Below the pieces are notes generated by a model. That model did no database searches, was not told where the DNA came from, and saw only the letters and a list, made by a program, of their open reading frames with translations. A DNA stretch of 64,000 nucleotides from Fonticula alba ATCC 38817 (taxonomy: Eukaryota > Protista > Nucleariida): NCBI GenBank assembly GCA_000388065.2, contig KB932201.1; one strand, written 5' to 3'. Positions 27,572-40,166 of this stretch are shown here, in pieces. The position numbers were made by a program, and so were the translations under genes. Within the stretch, counting starts at the first letter, position 1; every line of letters starts with the position of its first letter.

Positions 27572-28534
27572 TCATACACACGTGACACACCATCCAATAC
27601 TACGACTTCAGCACACAAGCTATTTGCAGGGGCCAACGTATGGGCGGGCTTTTTCTCTTTCGCGGGCGTGTGGCGCGCCTTGGTGATCCCGGATTTCGAG
27701 CGCAGTTCCGGGCGTCGGGCGTGGGCTCCTTTTCGTGTGTCCCCCCGCCCTGCGATCGACTCTTTTCCGGGGAGGGGATGCGGGCGTGGTGGATATCGAG
27801 CCCGAATATGAAAGCCGCATTGATTGGCGGCGGGCTACATGCGCGGGCAAAGGGCCAGCCCCTTTCTGCGGCTTCTCTCGAAGCACTCGTGCCGGTGGGG
27901 CAGCCAGAGGCCTGGCCTCTTGGAGAGGCACCCCTTCGCGGGTCGTTCTTTTGTCCGGCGGCAAGCGGGGTCGTGCCGGGGAACAGGAGAGCCGGGGGCT
28001 CACCGCCGGCTGGGCCTGCGAGCAATGTGCGTGTTGGGTACGAATCGCCGGTCGGGGTTGCCGCGTGCGCGCGCGCGCGCGTGTGTGTGTGGTGTCATTT
28101 TGCCTCTCCCTTGGTCCTCCCGGGTGCCCAGGCCGGAAGGCGTGCCCCCCAGGGAGAAGCACCTCCGGTTCTCAGTATGTCGGACAACAGGCACCCCGAC
28201 ATCCGCCGGCGAATGTGCGAGCGCGGGCGCGGCGCCACCTTCGGTAATATATCTCCCATCCAAAGGGGGGGTCCCGGTTGCCTCATTCGCCCGGGGCAAT
28301 TCCTCAGGGACTGGGAGTTGGCAAGGCTGGCCCCGGGAATAATACGGATAACCCTCGGCGCCCCGGGGGTTCTGGCCTCCTTCCGTGGGCCCCGACTTTC
28401 GACTGGTCGGCGAGGCACGCTTCGCTGTTGCCTGCCTCGCACCACCCCCCCTCCTCCAGCTCTCTCTCTCTCTCTCTCTCTCTCGCCCTGTCTCTGTCTC
28501 TGTCTCTCTCTCTCCCTGTTTCTCCGTCTCTCTG

Positions 28535-28582
<48 letters not shown>

Positions 28583-30079
28583 CCTGGGCCTTTGGGGCTG
28601 GGACAGCCCCTAGAAGGTCGCGTATAGCGGCGGCTACGGCGGCCGCGGCCAAAGAAGGGCCCTGGGAAGACGGGCGCTGGGTGCCGACGGACAGATGCCT
28701 CTTGCGGCCCGGCCGATATGCCCCTTCCCGTGCTATATGAACAAATATCACCGGGGGCCGGCCCAGGGGCTGCCTGGTATGGTGGGCCCCACTGGCGACG
28801 GGTGGGCTTCGGCGCCGATCCAGCCTTTGCCCGATCTGGCCACCGCTGCTCGGGAGGGGCTGACCCCCATGGGGTGCCAAAGACCCGTGCCTACCCAGGG
28901 GGACTGCGCTCCGCGTGCTCGGGCCGAGGGGGGGGGTGGGGGGGGGGCGGCAGGGGCGCAGCCCGGTGGGGCCCAGGAGCGTGCAGGGGGGTCTCTCCCT
29001 CTCGCGCTTGCGCGTGTGCGGGGTGTTCTCGAGCGGAGGTGGGGGTGGGGAGGGGGTCCGGCCACGGCCAGCTACCAACATTCTCTTGGCCGGCCGGGGG
29101 AGGGGGGCTTCTTCGCAGCGCAGGGGCGGTCGGGCGTCGAAGGGGGGACGGGGCCCGCGGCGTCCTTCGGCCGAGGACGCAGGCGCGGGTATCGGTGTGG
29201 GGGTTGCCTGCCGCGGGGAGGGACCGAGCACGTATGGTTCCACGCACCCTGGAGAGGCATGGGGGGGGGGGGAGCCCAGACCATCTCTGCACGGCAGAAA
29301 CTTTCTGCCCCTGTCCACCCTGCCAGCCTCCCGCGCGCTCTTGCGCTCCCACGGCTGGGTGAAGACCGCGTGCACAGGGGGTGCCCCCGGGTGTTCGGCG
29401 GGGCCTGGCGCCGCAAGAGACGCACCCAAGCGGAGGGGCTCACCTTCCTATCCTGCGCTTCCCCGCGCTTCCTTGCTTCCCTGCTGTTGGTCGGGTTCAG
29501 GGAGAAAGGGTTAATTGGCTGGGCCTGACCCCGCGGCGAACATTTCCACCCATGAGTAAGCCCGGAAGAGCCTGTGAGCCTCGACCCATCAAGAATCGGC
29601 CCGCCCGCCCGCCCACGGCGGGGGGGGGGGAAAAACACCCGAATCGTTGGGCTAATGAGCGTCTGAAGATGTATTTGTGCGCGCCCTTATGGATGAATGT
29701 CACTCTCGCCACTGGGACGCGGGGGGGGGGGGGGTATGTGGGGGCTCGTTCACGCACTTGCTCCCCAAATGAAAGACAAATGGGTTGGCCCTGGGCCACG
29801 GATGCTGGTGTTCTGTTCGGGACACCGCTGATTACGGGCAAGCACCTTCCCGCCGGCGGAAACGAGCCTCGTCCCAGCGTGCCCCATTCTCCCCCACCCC
29901 GGAGAACCGCCCTACAACGGGCAAACAATAGCTCGCCACATGGGCGCGCCGCACTTGCAGGGGGCAAACCCGTTCCCGCGCGACCTGGTCCCGCCTGTGG
30001 TCAGGGGACATGGGCACGGCAAAAATAACACCGCGGCGTGTTCCTCCCAATTCCCCCTCTCGTGGGATGTTGGGTCTGT

Positions 30080-30157
<78 letters not shown>

Positions 30158-30396
30158 GTGTGTGGCTTGTGGGGCTCGTGGTACGAGAGGGGCAGCCCGC
30201 CGTGCGTCGCATAAATCCGGCGAGGCATATATCTGGCTCCCCCCCAGCTCCCCAACAGTCACAGTCCAAGGCAGATCCCTTTCCACCCATTTGTGTCCCC
30301 CCTCTCCATTTTGGCATCCTCCTTCCCGTCTGTGTCCCGGAGTGTTCCCAAAGACCCCCTTCTCGGCTGTCCGTACTCAGCCCCCTCTCCTACCCA

Positions 30397-33300
30397 ATGT
30401 CCTTGATGGACGCCGCTGTCGGTCCCAGCCGCCGGAAGGCGCTCCCCCTGCCTTCCCGGACCGTGTCTCTACTCCTGTCGGCTTTCCTGCTGGCGGCCTG
30501 CTTCTCCTTCTCGGGTGTCGTGGCCGACTCATCGGCCATTGACCACCTTGACGCCGCGTCCACATCTTTGCCGAGCTCCGGCTCCGGCCCTGGCTCGACT
30601 CCTGGCTCGACTCCTGGCTCGACTCCTGGCTCGACTTCCGGTTCCGGCTCCGCCCCCGGCTCCAGCTCCGCCCCCGGTTCCGGCTCCGCCCCCGGCTCCA
30701 GCTCCGCCCCCGGCTCCAGCTCCGCCCCCGGCTCTGGTTCCGCCCCTGGTTCCGCTTCCGGCTCCGCCCCTGGTTCTGGCTCGACTCCTGGTTCCGCTTC
30801 CGGCTCCGCCCCCGGCTCCAATTCTGCCCCAGGCTCCGACGTCCTCCGTGCGTATCTCAATCCGTTGTCTCTCGATCATGCTCCTCATTTCCTGTTCTTT
30901 ATTGACAATGTCTTCGGGTGTGAACCATAGTGAACGAGCCTCTCATCTTGGACTCCGTGCACAATGATCGAATTTTTGCTTTGGCCAACAGCAGCACCGT
31001 CCCTGGGGGGCTGAAGGCACATATTTCCTTGGCTCGGTCAATTCGCCGATCTGCTGCCAAGGGCTGGCCTGAGGGGATCGAGAACTATATCGATATTCCC
31101 CTGGACAACCCATTCGGCGGGGGCGGCAGCACTGGCGGCAGCACCAGCGACAGCACCAGCGGCAGCACCGGCGGCAGCACTGGCGGCAGCACCGGCGGCA
31201 GCACCGGCGGCAGCACTGGTGGTAGCACCAGTGGCAGCATGCTCGGCTTCACCACGCTTGGATCTCACGACACCGGCTTTTTCGCAGCCGCTACTCAGCA
31301 GGCCAGTAATGGGGTTGCCCTCTCAAGGGATCTTGCCCAAGTCCAGTCCGGTTCGACAACGGGTGATTTTAGCGGCCTGGCCAAGCTCTTGGCCAAGCAG
31401 TATTCGGTTCGTTACCCTTTCTCGGCCCTTTGCTGGACATCCGTCCCCGCAACAATCCATCCTTTCAGGGTGCACCCTCTTCCTGACCTCTTGTCATGAT
31501 GCCCTCCTCTGTCTCCCATTTCTTCGCTTCATCCACACAGGGTCTCATTGCCATGTTCGCCATGAGCGTCCTCTTTGCCTTGATCTCCTTCCTCGCGGTG
31601 TTCTTCTTCCTGTTCCGCTGCTGCTTCGGCTGCTGCAATGGCAAAGGCAACGCCTACAGCAAGTCTCAGCGCGTTGTGGCTCTGATCATCTTCTCAATTG
31701 GCTCGATCCTCCTGGTGTACGGGCCAACTTCTTCTTCTTCTTCTCCTCCTCCTCCTCCTCTTCCTTTTGCCCTTCTTTCGGCGGTCTTTCCTCTCGTGGT
31801 ACCACACCCGGACAATTCCGACAGGCCCCGGCCCCGACTTACCTCGGTTGTTCCCGTCCCGTGAATCCCCCCCATGCCAGTGCCTTCCTCTGTGTCGGCA
31901 TTGCCGTCAATGCCATGATGGACCGCGTGCCATCCGATATCGACACCCTGGTTTACGGCATTACGGACCATGTGACTGCCTTCCCGGATCGTGTGTTCCA
32001 AACCTTCGATGACAGCATTGTCCTGGTGAACCACACCCTGGACACCTCGCTGGCGCGCATCGACCTGGTCATGGAGAACCTCCTGGTGGGAAATGTTGGC
32101 CTCAACGACCCGAACACCTCGGCCCAGAGTGTGTCGGCCCTGATTGACGAGGTGGTGGAGGAGCTCTTCACGCTCGATGCCCTGGCGCAGGATCTCTACA
32201 ACGACGCCATCCAGTACGACCAGGCGGTCGTCAGCATGACCAACCAGTACCGGGCCCTGCTGGACCGGACCTCGGTCACGCCCCCGGGTTCGGAGCCGGA
32301 TGACATGCGCACGCTCAATGCGGACCTGGACGATGTCTACGTCCAGACGCGCACCACCTGGCATGTGTCCGACACGCCGACCTCCTGCCAGGCCCCGCGG
32401 TACTATGTGGCCACGGTGTCCGATCCCGGGCAGTCGGTGCGCGATGACCTTGAGACCGCCTTCGACAGCCTGAACCTCGGCCAGGTGGCCACTTCCATCC
32501 AGGCGGAGAAGGACCAGCTGCTGGGCGACATCCGGACGACCATCAACAATGAGATTGCCCAGCTCCGGGTCACCTTCGGCGAGATGGTCACCGAGATGGA
32601 GAATATGGTTGCCGACATCCGCCTGAACATGGTCGACCCATTGGTGGATAGCGTCAATGGGATTGTTGATATTTATTCGGAGATTCGCACTGGCACCGTG
32701 GACGAGGCGCTGTCGATTCGGTACGTGTGCCATCGTTTCCCCCCCCCCCCCCCCGCCCCCCGAAACAGCTCCCCCCAAGGGGAGTCATGTACCTTGCCGT
32801 GTACTTGCACCTCCCCATCCCCTCCTCTCCTTTTCTCTCCCTCTCTCTTCGCTCTGCATTTTTCGCTGGACCAGCACACTGACCTTGCCACTTCTTCTTC
32901 TTCTTCTTCTTTTTTTCTCCCCACCCCTCCTCGTTCCCTCCCCCTGCTGACGCCCCGACACAGGTCCAAGGTTATGATTGCCTTCTTCTGCCTGCCGGCC
33001 GTGTGTGTCATCCTCTCGGTGCTGGGGCTGGTGCTGAAGAACCACTTCCTGATGAACTTCAGCATGTTCCTGGTGTTCCTCTTCAGCCTGATCCTTTGGA
33101 TCTTCGGAACCGTCCACCTGGCCATCGCGGCTCTCGGTGGCAAGGCCTGCGATGTGGTGGTGTACTCGGATATCCCGCCGGTGGTTGATCAGATCTCCCC
33201 GGAGTTTGGGGATTATGCCCGCACCGCCATCCAGGCCATCGATGACTGCCTCGACCCGCAGGCCAATGTGCTGGATATCATGAATATGACCGAGCTCATC

Positions 33301-34110
33301 GACCTGAACCAGTACCTGGACCAGTATGTCAGCGAGGCGGACATCCAGCAGGCCATTGCCAGCTTCGACTTCTCCACGCTCTATGATGATCTGTCCTTCA
33401 CCGGGGGGGTGGACTTCACCACGTACCTGTCCGACTCGGACGACATCATTGCCGATGCGCAGAACGCGCTGCAGGTCTTCGGCCAGCTTGTGGAGGCCAA
33501 CCAGTCCGCCGGCGAGGCCCTGGCCACCCGGGTGAGCAAGCTCCAGCAGGAGGACCTGCTGACGTGTGTGGTGCTCGGCACGTCCACCCAGGCCGAGGCC
33601 CTGGACGAGCTCCTGGCCCTGGGCAACCGCATTGACCTGCTCAATGCGCGAACCGACCAGATCCTGGATGTGGACCATGCGGCGGCCACCACCCAGCTCG
33701 GGGTCCTGGTGGCTCAGTATGAGATCATCAAGGCCGAGATCCTGGGCCTGGCCCAGTTTGAGCAGGATGTCATCGCCCACATGAATGCCCTGACCACGCA
33801 CACGGTCGACACCCTGGCCAATGATGTGGTGCCGGCCATCATGCAGGACATCACCCAGCTGGTCAACACGGTGGAGGGGTCGCTCTGGTACCTGACCGGG
33901 TGCTACTGGGTCGGGCAGGATCTCAATGCCGCGCGCAACACCCTCTGTGTGTCGATGGTGGGCTCCCTCGATGGGGTGTGGTGGACCGCCGGTGCCATCG
34001 GCTTCTCCTTTGCCATCTATGTGATTGGCGCCTTCCTGGCCGAGCGCCGGTGCATTGGCGGTAACGCCGATGAGTCCAAGTCCGGCGGCGAGTCCTACGA
34101 GATGTATTAA
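30397..34110 (+). CDS. Prominin-like 5-TM glycoprotein with signal peptide and N-terminal Gly/Ser/Pro repeat arrays; 5 exons, 1029 aa
   Basis: Exons 30397-30847, 30931-31406, 31541-31716, 31881-32720 and 32964-34110 join in frame (3090 nt). Topology: signal peptide, TM1, Cys-rich loop FRCCFGCC, TM2, a large helical loop, TM3-TM4 followed by GGKACD, a second large loop, then LCVSMVGSLDGVWW and TM5. This is the prominin layout. Confidence 0.75.
30577..30840 (+). repeat. Coding tandem repeats (PGST)n and (PGS[SG]SA)n in the prominin-like N-terminus
   Basis: 12-bp CCTGGCTCGACT units are followed by 18-bp CC(C/T)GG(C/T)TC..TCCGCC units. Confidence 0.9.
31117..31236 (+). repeat. Coding (GGST)n repeat in exon 2 of the prominin-like gene
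   Basis: 12-bp GGCGGCAGCAC(C/T) units translate as GGGGSTGGSTSDSTSGSTGGSTGGSTGGSTGGSTGGSTSGS. Confidence 0.9.
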
Positions 34111-34513
34111 GCCATGCGCTGAGGTGGCCCCCTGTTGTGGGTGTTCCTCTCTGCCCATGTGTGTCTTGTCCTTGTGTCCTTTTCCCCCTTCCTTTCTCCC
34201 CTTCTTCTTCTTCTTCTTCTTCTTCCGTTGGTGCGGTGTGTCGGCCCTTTGCCGCCGCCGCCGCCGCCCCGAGTGCACATCCCTGCGCCGGCGGCCAACA
34301 TCCGAATATATATATATATATATATGTACCTGCTTGTCCGCCTTGCCGTGTTTCCCGCATTCACTTGCTTGTCTTGCCGTGATTCCCCCATTCACTTACT
34401 TGCTTGTCATGTGCAGCAACTTTGGCCGAGGCAGTGCCGTTGGGCCTGCCGCAGCACATTCATGGGTTGGCTCCCTTCTCATTCTTTTCACTGATGGCCG
34501 CACATCCACACAT

Positions 34514-34559
<46 letters not shown>

Positions 34560-34728
34560 CATACCACCAGGGGGGAGGGGTGTGGAGAGCAGGAAAGCCG
34601 TGCAATAGAAGAAAATAACACTCATACATTGACCATGCAAAAGAAGGGGAACAGCTCCGACAGCAGCTATGCAGGCAAACCCTGCCGCGTTGTGTAGGGG
34701 ACCGCCGGGACTCTGTCAATGCATGAAC

Positions 34729-35518
34729 CTAGTCGCGTCTGTTCCGCTGGGGTTTGGTGGCTTTCTTGAAGAGGGCTACCCCGAAATCGATGACTTCCCG
34801 CAGGAGAGCATACGCTATCAGGATGGCTGCCAACACAATGAACAAGAAGATGACGGCCCGGGTGAAGTGCGAGTCGCGAGCTGCGCACACCACCGGGGGG
34901 CAGGGGGGAGGCGAGACAAGTGCAGGGGGAAAGGGAGTGGGTAAGCGGCGGCCAAGGAGGGAGGAGAGCCGGAAGGAGGGGCACAGGGCAGGACGCACTG
35001 AAGCACTTGGCGGTGGTCGAGTTGCACGAGTCATTGGCTTCGAGGGGGGCCGAACCGAAGCCGCCGGCGGAGGATGGCGCCGAGGGGACCGAGCTGGAGG
35101 AGGACCCACCCGGTGGCTTGCAAACAGTCTCGCACAGATCGGCCACCGTGCATTCGGAGCAGTGGCCAATTTCCACCACACGCGAGGAGAGATCCGGGCA
35201 GCCGCACTGACAGTACTTTTGGATCCCCCGGATGGCGGCCTTCTTCCCGGTAGCTGGCCCGCCGAGGGGAGCCATGGTCCCAGTGCCCAGGATAGCATTC
35301 TATGAAGGACCCACGGCCAGCAGCAGTGTCAGACTCTTGGTAATCGCCCACGAAGGAGGGAGGGAGAGAGGGTGGCGGAGGGCTGAGAGGAAACGCACTG
35401 CCTGCTGGTGCGGGACGCCAGTTGCCCGCTCGGCCACGGCCAGACCCATGAGCAGCGGCGAGAGGAGCAGCAAGAGGGCTACCAGCAGCCGAGAAACTAT
35501 CGACGTAGGATGCCTCAT
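34729..35518 (-). CDS. Small Cys-rich single-pass membrane protein (signal peptide, CxCxCP domain, CFxRDS, TM); 3 exons, 190 aa
   Basis: Exons 35518-35399, 35299-34999 and 34880-34729 join in frame (573 nt). Sequence: MRHPTSIVSRLLVALLLLLSPLLMGLAVA..KYCQCGCPDLSSRVVEIGHCSECTVADLCETVCK..SCNSTTAKCFTRDSHFTRAVIFLFIVLAAILIAYALLREVID. Confidence 0.8.
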
Positions 35519-36737
35519 TGTGGAGGGGACCAGGAGAGCGGGACAACAGAGGGCGCAGGGGGAGATGGACAAAGGGCCGAGAAAAAGGGATGGCCAGTGA
35601 CGGTGTTGGTGGCGAGAGGAGGAAAGGTGGGAAGACGTGACTGCATGCGCGTGTGCGCCGGAACCCATGGGGGTGCTCCCGAAGAACTTACCACTCACTC
35701 GCTCGGCCGGAGGCAGATGGGCATCACCACACACGCCGAAGCATGGCCAGTCTGGGATGGCGATCCTTCGGTGCGGATGGGCCACCGCGGGGGGGTCGAT
35801 CGCCCTGCGTACCCAGACCCCCCGGTCAGCACCCCCCGCCCCACTCCGCCTCTCTCGCTCTCGCACACCTCTCTTCCCTCAAGCAGCCAGAAGCCCCCGG
35901 CAGCCAGGAAGGAGGGCCAAAAATAACAAGCACGCAGGAGCGGTGCTCCTGAAAAAAAAGAAGAGGGACGAGGTCAAGAACCGTGAGCCGCTGGGAGCCG
36001 GGCCAAGGGGCTGGCGGATGGGGGGGGGGTGGACACTGCCAAGAACCCCGCAAAAATACACACCCGGACAAGCCCGAGACAATCCACAGATGACTTGGGG
36101 GCGGGGGGGCAGGGAGGGCGACATCTACCGCAAGATCATGTGACACGGGCGCTCCCAGAACCGCTCTCTCTTCCCAGCCCAGCCAAAGTAGCGGCAATCC
36201 TTTTTGTGCAATGGCCCTCCATGCTGTCCGCAGCCAGGCGAGCAGGGTGTGGTGGATCTTCGCCCCCCTCCCCGCCGCGCCTATTCCCCTGTGTTTCCTC
36301 CTCGTCACGCTTGCATTTCCTCCGTCAAGCGGCGCCATGCGGCAGAGCCGCACACAGGGGGGGTCAATCTGGCCAGCTCTGGGCATACAGGCCAATGGGA
36401 GGGGGCATGCTATTTCTAGTGTTATTTGAGTGGTGATAAAAGTACATGGCGTGGCGATCGAGGGGTGGAGGAGTGGAGTGGCGCTTGGCGGCCGGCCGCC
36501 GTCGACTGAGCGCAAAAGGGAAATCCATGTGCACATGCGAGAATGCGCGCGTGCGCGAGGCAGAGAGAGAGAGAGAGAGATAGATAGATAGATAGAGAGA
36601 TAGAGAGGGTGGTCCAGTCCTTCATGCCGCCATCGGGGGTGTGCCGCTTCTCTGTGCACGACGCGAAGAGTCCCAAGGGACTGGCGTGAGAGATAGCAAG
36701 GAAGTTCGGGTCCCGAAGGAAATGCACGGAGGCTGGC

Positions 36738-38181
36738 TTAGTCCTTCGGCCGGGTGGCGAGGAGGTAGATGGAGAGGATGAAGATGAGGGCACAGAAGAC
36801 ACCGGCGCAAATGGCGAAGATCATCCACTCCTTCCAGATGAATGGGCACTGGTCGGCCGAGGCCAGGGGAGTATCGCAAACGAGCGCATCAGGGGCGGTG
36901 ACTGGTTGGGTGTGGCCCCGAGAGTGGGGGGATTGTCAGCGAGGCGGGGAGAAGGGCCGGGGTATGGTGGAAGGTAGAGCGAGGAGAGACAAATGGACAG
37001 GCAGAGAGGGAGAGACAGGAAAAAACAAGCGGGAGATCGTTGCGCACAGTGGTCAGCATTGAAGGCGGCAATGCTAAAGCCGCAGTTGGTGGACGCGGCG
37101 GAGGCCGAGCCGGAGCCCGACACCGAGGAGCCCTCCTCCGGGCGACGAAGCATGATGCGCACGGGCATGTCCCGAGAGCCGGACACCGCAGTGTCCTGGG
37201 CCGAGATGCGATAGTCCATGATGTCCTTCTCCGTCTCGAGAGACGGGTCGAGATTGTAGCTGGGAGTGGGGGGGGGGAGAGAGAGAGAGAGAGAGATGGA
37301 CAATGTAAGATGGAGAAGCAGCGACCGGGTGATGAAGGAAGCGATCGTGGCAGCGACGGAGGGCGACCCGGAAAGCCCGCGTCCCTTCCCTGGATGCCGA
37401 CGTACCGGGTGGTGGACGGGCACAGGTCACCGATGTTGACATAAACCTCGTAGCCACTGATGTTGGTCAGGGTGACACCGAGTTTGATGGCAGTCAGCAT
37501 GTTCGGATGCTTGTTCAGGGACCCGAGGATGAAGAATTCGCTACCGGGGGCCTCGCAGGCAGCCGGCGCGTGGGTGACGACACCACACGAGGGGACCGAC
37601 CCGTGCTGGGACGATTGGTTCAGGTCATACCCGGGCAGGGAGGGGGAGGTGAACTCCGTGGTGAAGGTGACGGTCACGGAGTCCTTGGGGAATTCACCGA
37701 GAGCGGTGGCCATGAACTGGGGAAGGCGAGGCGAGGAGGGGCGTGTGTGAGTGACACCTTGGTAAGCGTGGAGGGGCCGGTCGACAGACACGAGGCACAG
37801 GGGTCAGCGCACCCGGCGCGATGAGGCTCCGCTCATGCCGACATCCCAGTGGGCGGGCTCAATGCGAAGCTTGGACGGGTCGGAGGAGGTGGCCACCACA
37901 CGGACCGCCTCGGAGGGGGTCGTGGAGGAGGATACCAGGACGGGAATCGGCAAGCCGACAGGCAGGGTGTCACGCAGACCCTGCAGGGTTAGGCTCCCGA
38001 GGGCGGTGCCTGTTTGGGGAAGCGAGGGGGGGGGGGAGGGGGGGCAGGAGAGGTGAGCATTTGGAAGGGCATCAAGTGCGAGCAGAGCAGCGAGGTCGGG
38101 CAGGGGGGGGGGGGAGGGGAACGTACCCGCCACGAAGGCGAGGGCAAGGCAACTCCGGACGACGGTGGGCAGCAATTTCAT
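36738..38181 (-). CDS. Hypothetical type-I membrane protein (signal peptide, beta-rich ectodomain, C-terminal TM); 5 exons, 312 aa
   Basis: Exons 38181-38127, 38009-37813, 37716-37406, 37259-37048 and 36901-36738 join in frame (939 nt) with consensus donors. It begins MKLLPTVVRSCLALAFVAG and ends WKEWMIFAICAGVFCALIFILSIYLLATRPKD*. Confidence 0.8.
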
Positions 38182-39544
38182 GGTGTGGAACAAAGGCCGA
38201 AGAGGAGAATCGGGGAGCAGGTGCGGTGTCTGCAGGTGCAGGAGAGTGCCCAGGTGGATGAGAGTGTGGGCAGAGGAGCAGGGAGCAAGAAAGGGGGAGG
38301 GGAAAGGGCCGACGGTGGGAGAGGAGGAGAAAGTGGGGTGCCGAGCTCCGCGAGGTATCGGCATGTGGAGCCCGGCGTGAAAAATCCCCTCTCTCTCTCT
38401 CTCCGGGGGCAGTGGGGGGGGGGGGAGGCGGGTTTACAGGCCCTCAGGATCCGAAGCGCGCAGGCATGTCCGGCCAGGCGTGGTCTGTTCTCACCGATGG
38501 ACGGTGTGCGAGTGCGTCCGGGGGTGCGCGCCGGCGTGTGTCCGTGCGCCAAGCTGTGTGGTCGTCCGGGCGGCGAACCGCAAGCAGGCAATGGTAACAG
38601 CCAACGAAGGGTGGCCCCGCGCGCGCGTGCTCGCGCGCGCAGAAGTTCGATCCACTCGGGTCCGTGCAGCGGCAAGAGACGGGGGGATCTCAGAGAGGCC
38701 AGCTTGATTTACACAGGGGGGAGAACATGCCGATGGCCCGGAGAGGGCGGCACGCCCGCCGAACTGGGCGGCTATGGTGCGGTCCCGGCTCCCCCCAACT
38801 CCAGCCAGGAATGATTGCGTGCGTGGGCCTCCTATTGACTCTCATGTGTTGGAGGAAGAGCCGGCGAGGGGGGGGGGGGATTTTGCGCCCGCACATGAGC
38901 CCTGCAATATGCATGTGTACGCTTACACATGGCCGGGGAATGTCGGTCTGGGTGGTTAACACTTGAGGTGTAAGAAGAAGGGCCAGCGAGACCCCAGGGG
39001 GTGGCATCACTGCCAGTGGGCCAGGGAGCCACAGAGCGAACCAGCGATCCCGAGCAGGTCGGTCTGTGCCCCCGAGATAAATGAGCCATCAGCGCGCCTG
39101 GCCTCTCTTCTGTGGCTTTCCATCCGAAGAGGAAGGGCCCCCCTCTCCCCTCTTCGGCTCTCGCTGGGCGGGCGGGAGAGGGTGCGTCCTCACGCCTGAA
39201 GGTATGTGCACATTTCCACATATTGACTGATATGGAAGGGGGGAGCACATCCGCCGGTAGGGCTTGGGCCGGGAAACCACAGGCAGGCCCCCGCCATCTA
39301 TCCGCCCGCTCCCGCCCCAGGGGGAGGCAGCTTCTTTTCCCTCGGTTGAATCGGAGGGAGCCCCCCGGGGGGGGGGGGGGGGGCGAGGAGGACGCGCCCA
39401 CATTTTCGCCATTCCCGCGCCGGAACAAGCAGGGCGCCAACAAATTGGCCGAGGAGGGCACATTTGTGTGTTCATTTTTGCGTTGTCGCTGCTGGATATT
39501 TCCCATGGAGCACCGATCTCCCTTTTTGGGCGCCTCACCGTTTG

Positions 39545-39893
39545 GAGAGAGAGAGAGAGAGAGACACAGAGAGAGAGAGAGAGAGAGACAGAGAGACAGA
39601 GAGACAGAGAGACAGAGAGACAGAGAGACAGAGAGAGAGAGAGCGCCGGGCCAAAGCGGTGTGAGCGCCGGGGGTGCCTCCCTGTCTCGACTCTTGCCCT
39701 GGAAATAGAAAGGGACAAAGAGGCACACGGGATGTGTTTGGCTGAACATCACCGCAGATGGTCATCTCGCCAGAAATCCCCATCCGGAGTATGGACAGCA
39801 TATGTGGTTTACTGTTTATTTTAGGCGGGCGGGCACGAGAGGGAGCGTGTGCGATTGGATGTGACCCTGGTAGAGGGCCATCGTTCTACACAT

Positions 39894-39953
<60 letters not shown>
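39545..39953. repeat. Intergenic simple repeats: (GA)n/(GAGACAGA)n at 39545-39642 and (CA)n at 39894-39953
   Basis: Both tandem arrays are directly visible in the sequence. Confidence 0.9.
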
Positions 39954-39956
<3 letters not shown>

Positions 39957-40166
39957 GGTGCATGGGGGATCAGGGAGTATGCAAATATCCTGATGTGCTT
40001 GAATGCGTGCCTGGGTGCTCAAGGCCTTTGTGCCGGCACGCGCGCACACAACACCGGGGAGAGAGGTAGGGGCTTTTCTGTCCGTCTATTGTGGGCATGA
40101 GACAGACGCTGAGGGCATGAGGGCGAGAGGCAGGGTGGCCACCGGAAATACATGGGGGTCCCCCCG

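Noticed and set aside
30577-31236. Regularly spaced repeats considered as a CRISPR-like array
   Set aside because: They are in-frame coding repeats without unique spacers, there are no cas genes, and the context is eukaryotic.
38630-38670. GTTCGATCC, resembling a Pol III B-box or tRNA T-loop (similar GGTTCGATCT at about 27329 and 27384)
   Set aside because: There is no pairing T-stem, A-box, anticodon arm or acceptor stem, so no tRNA or SINE is supported.
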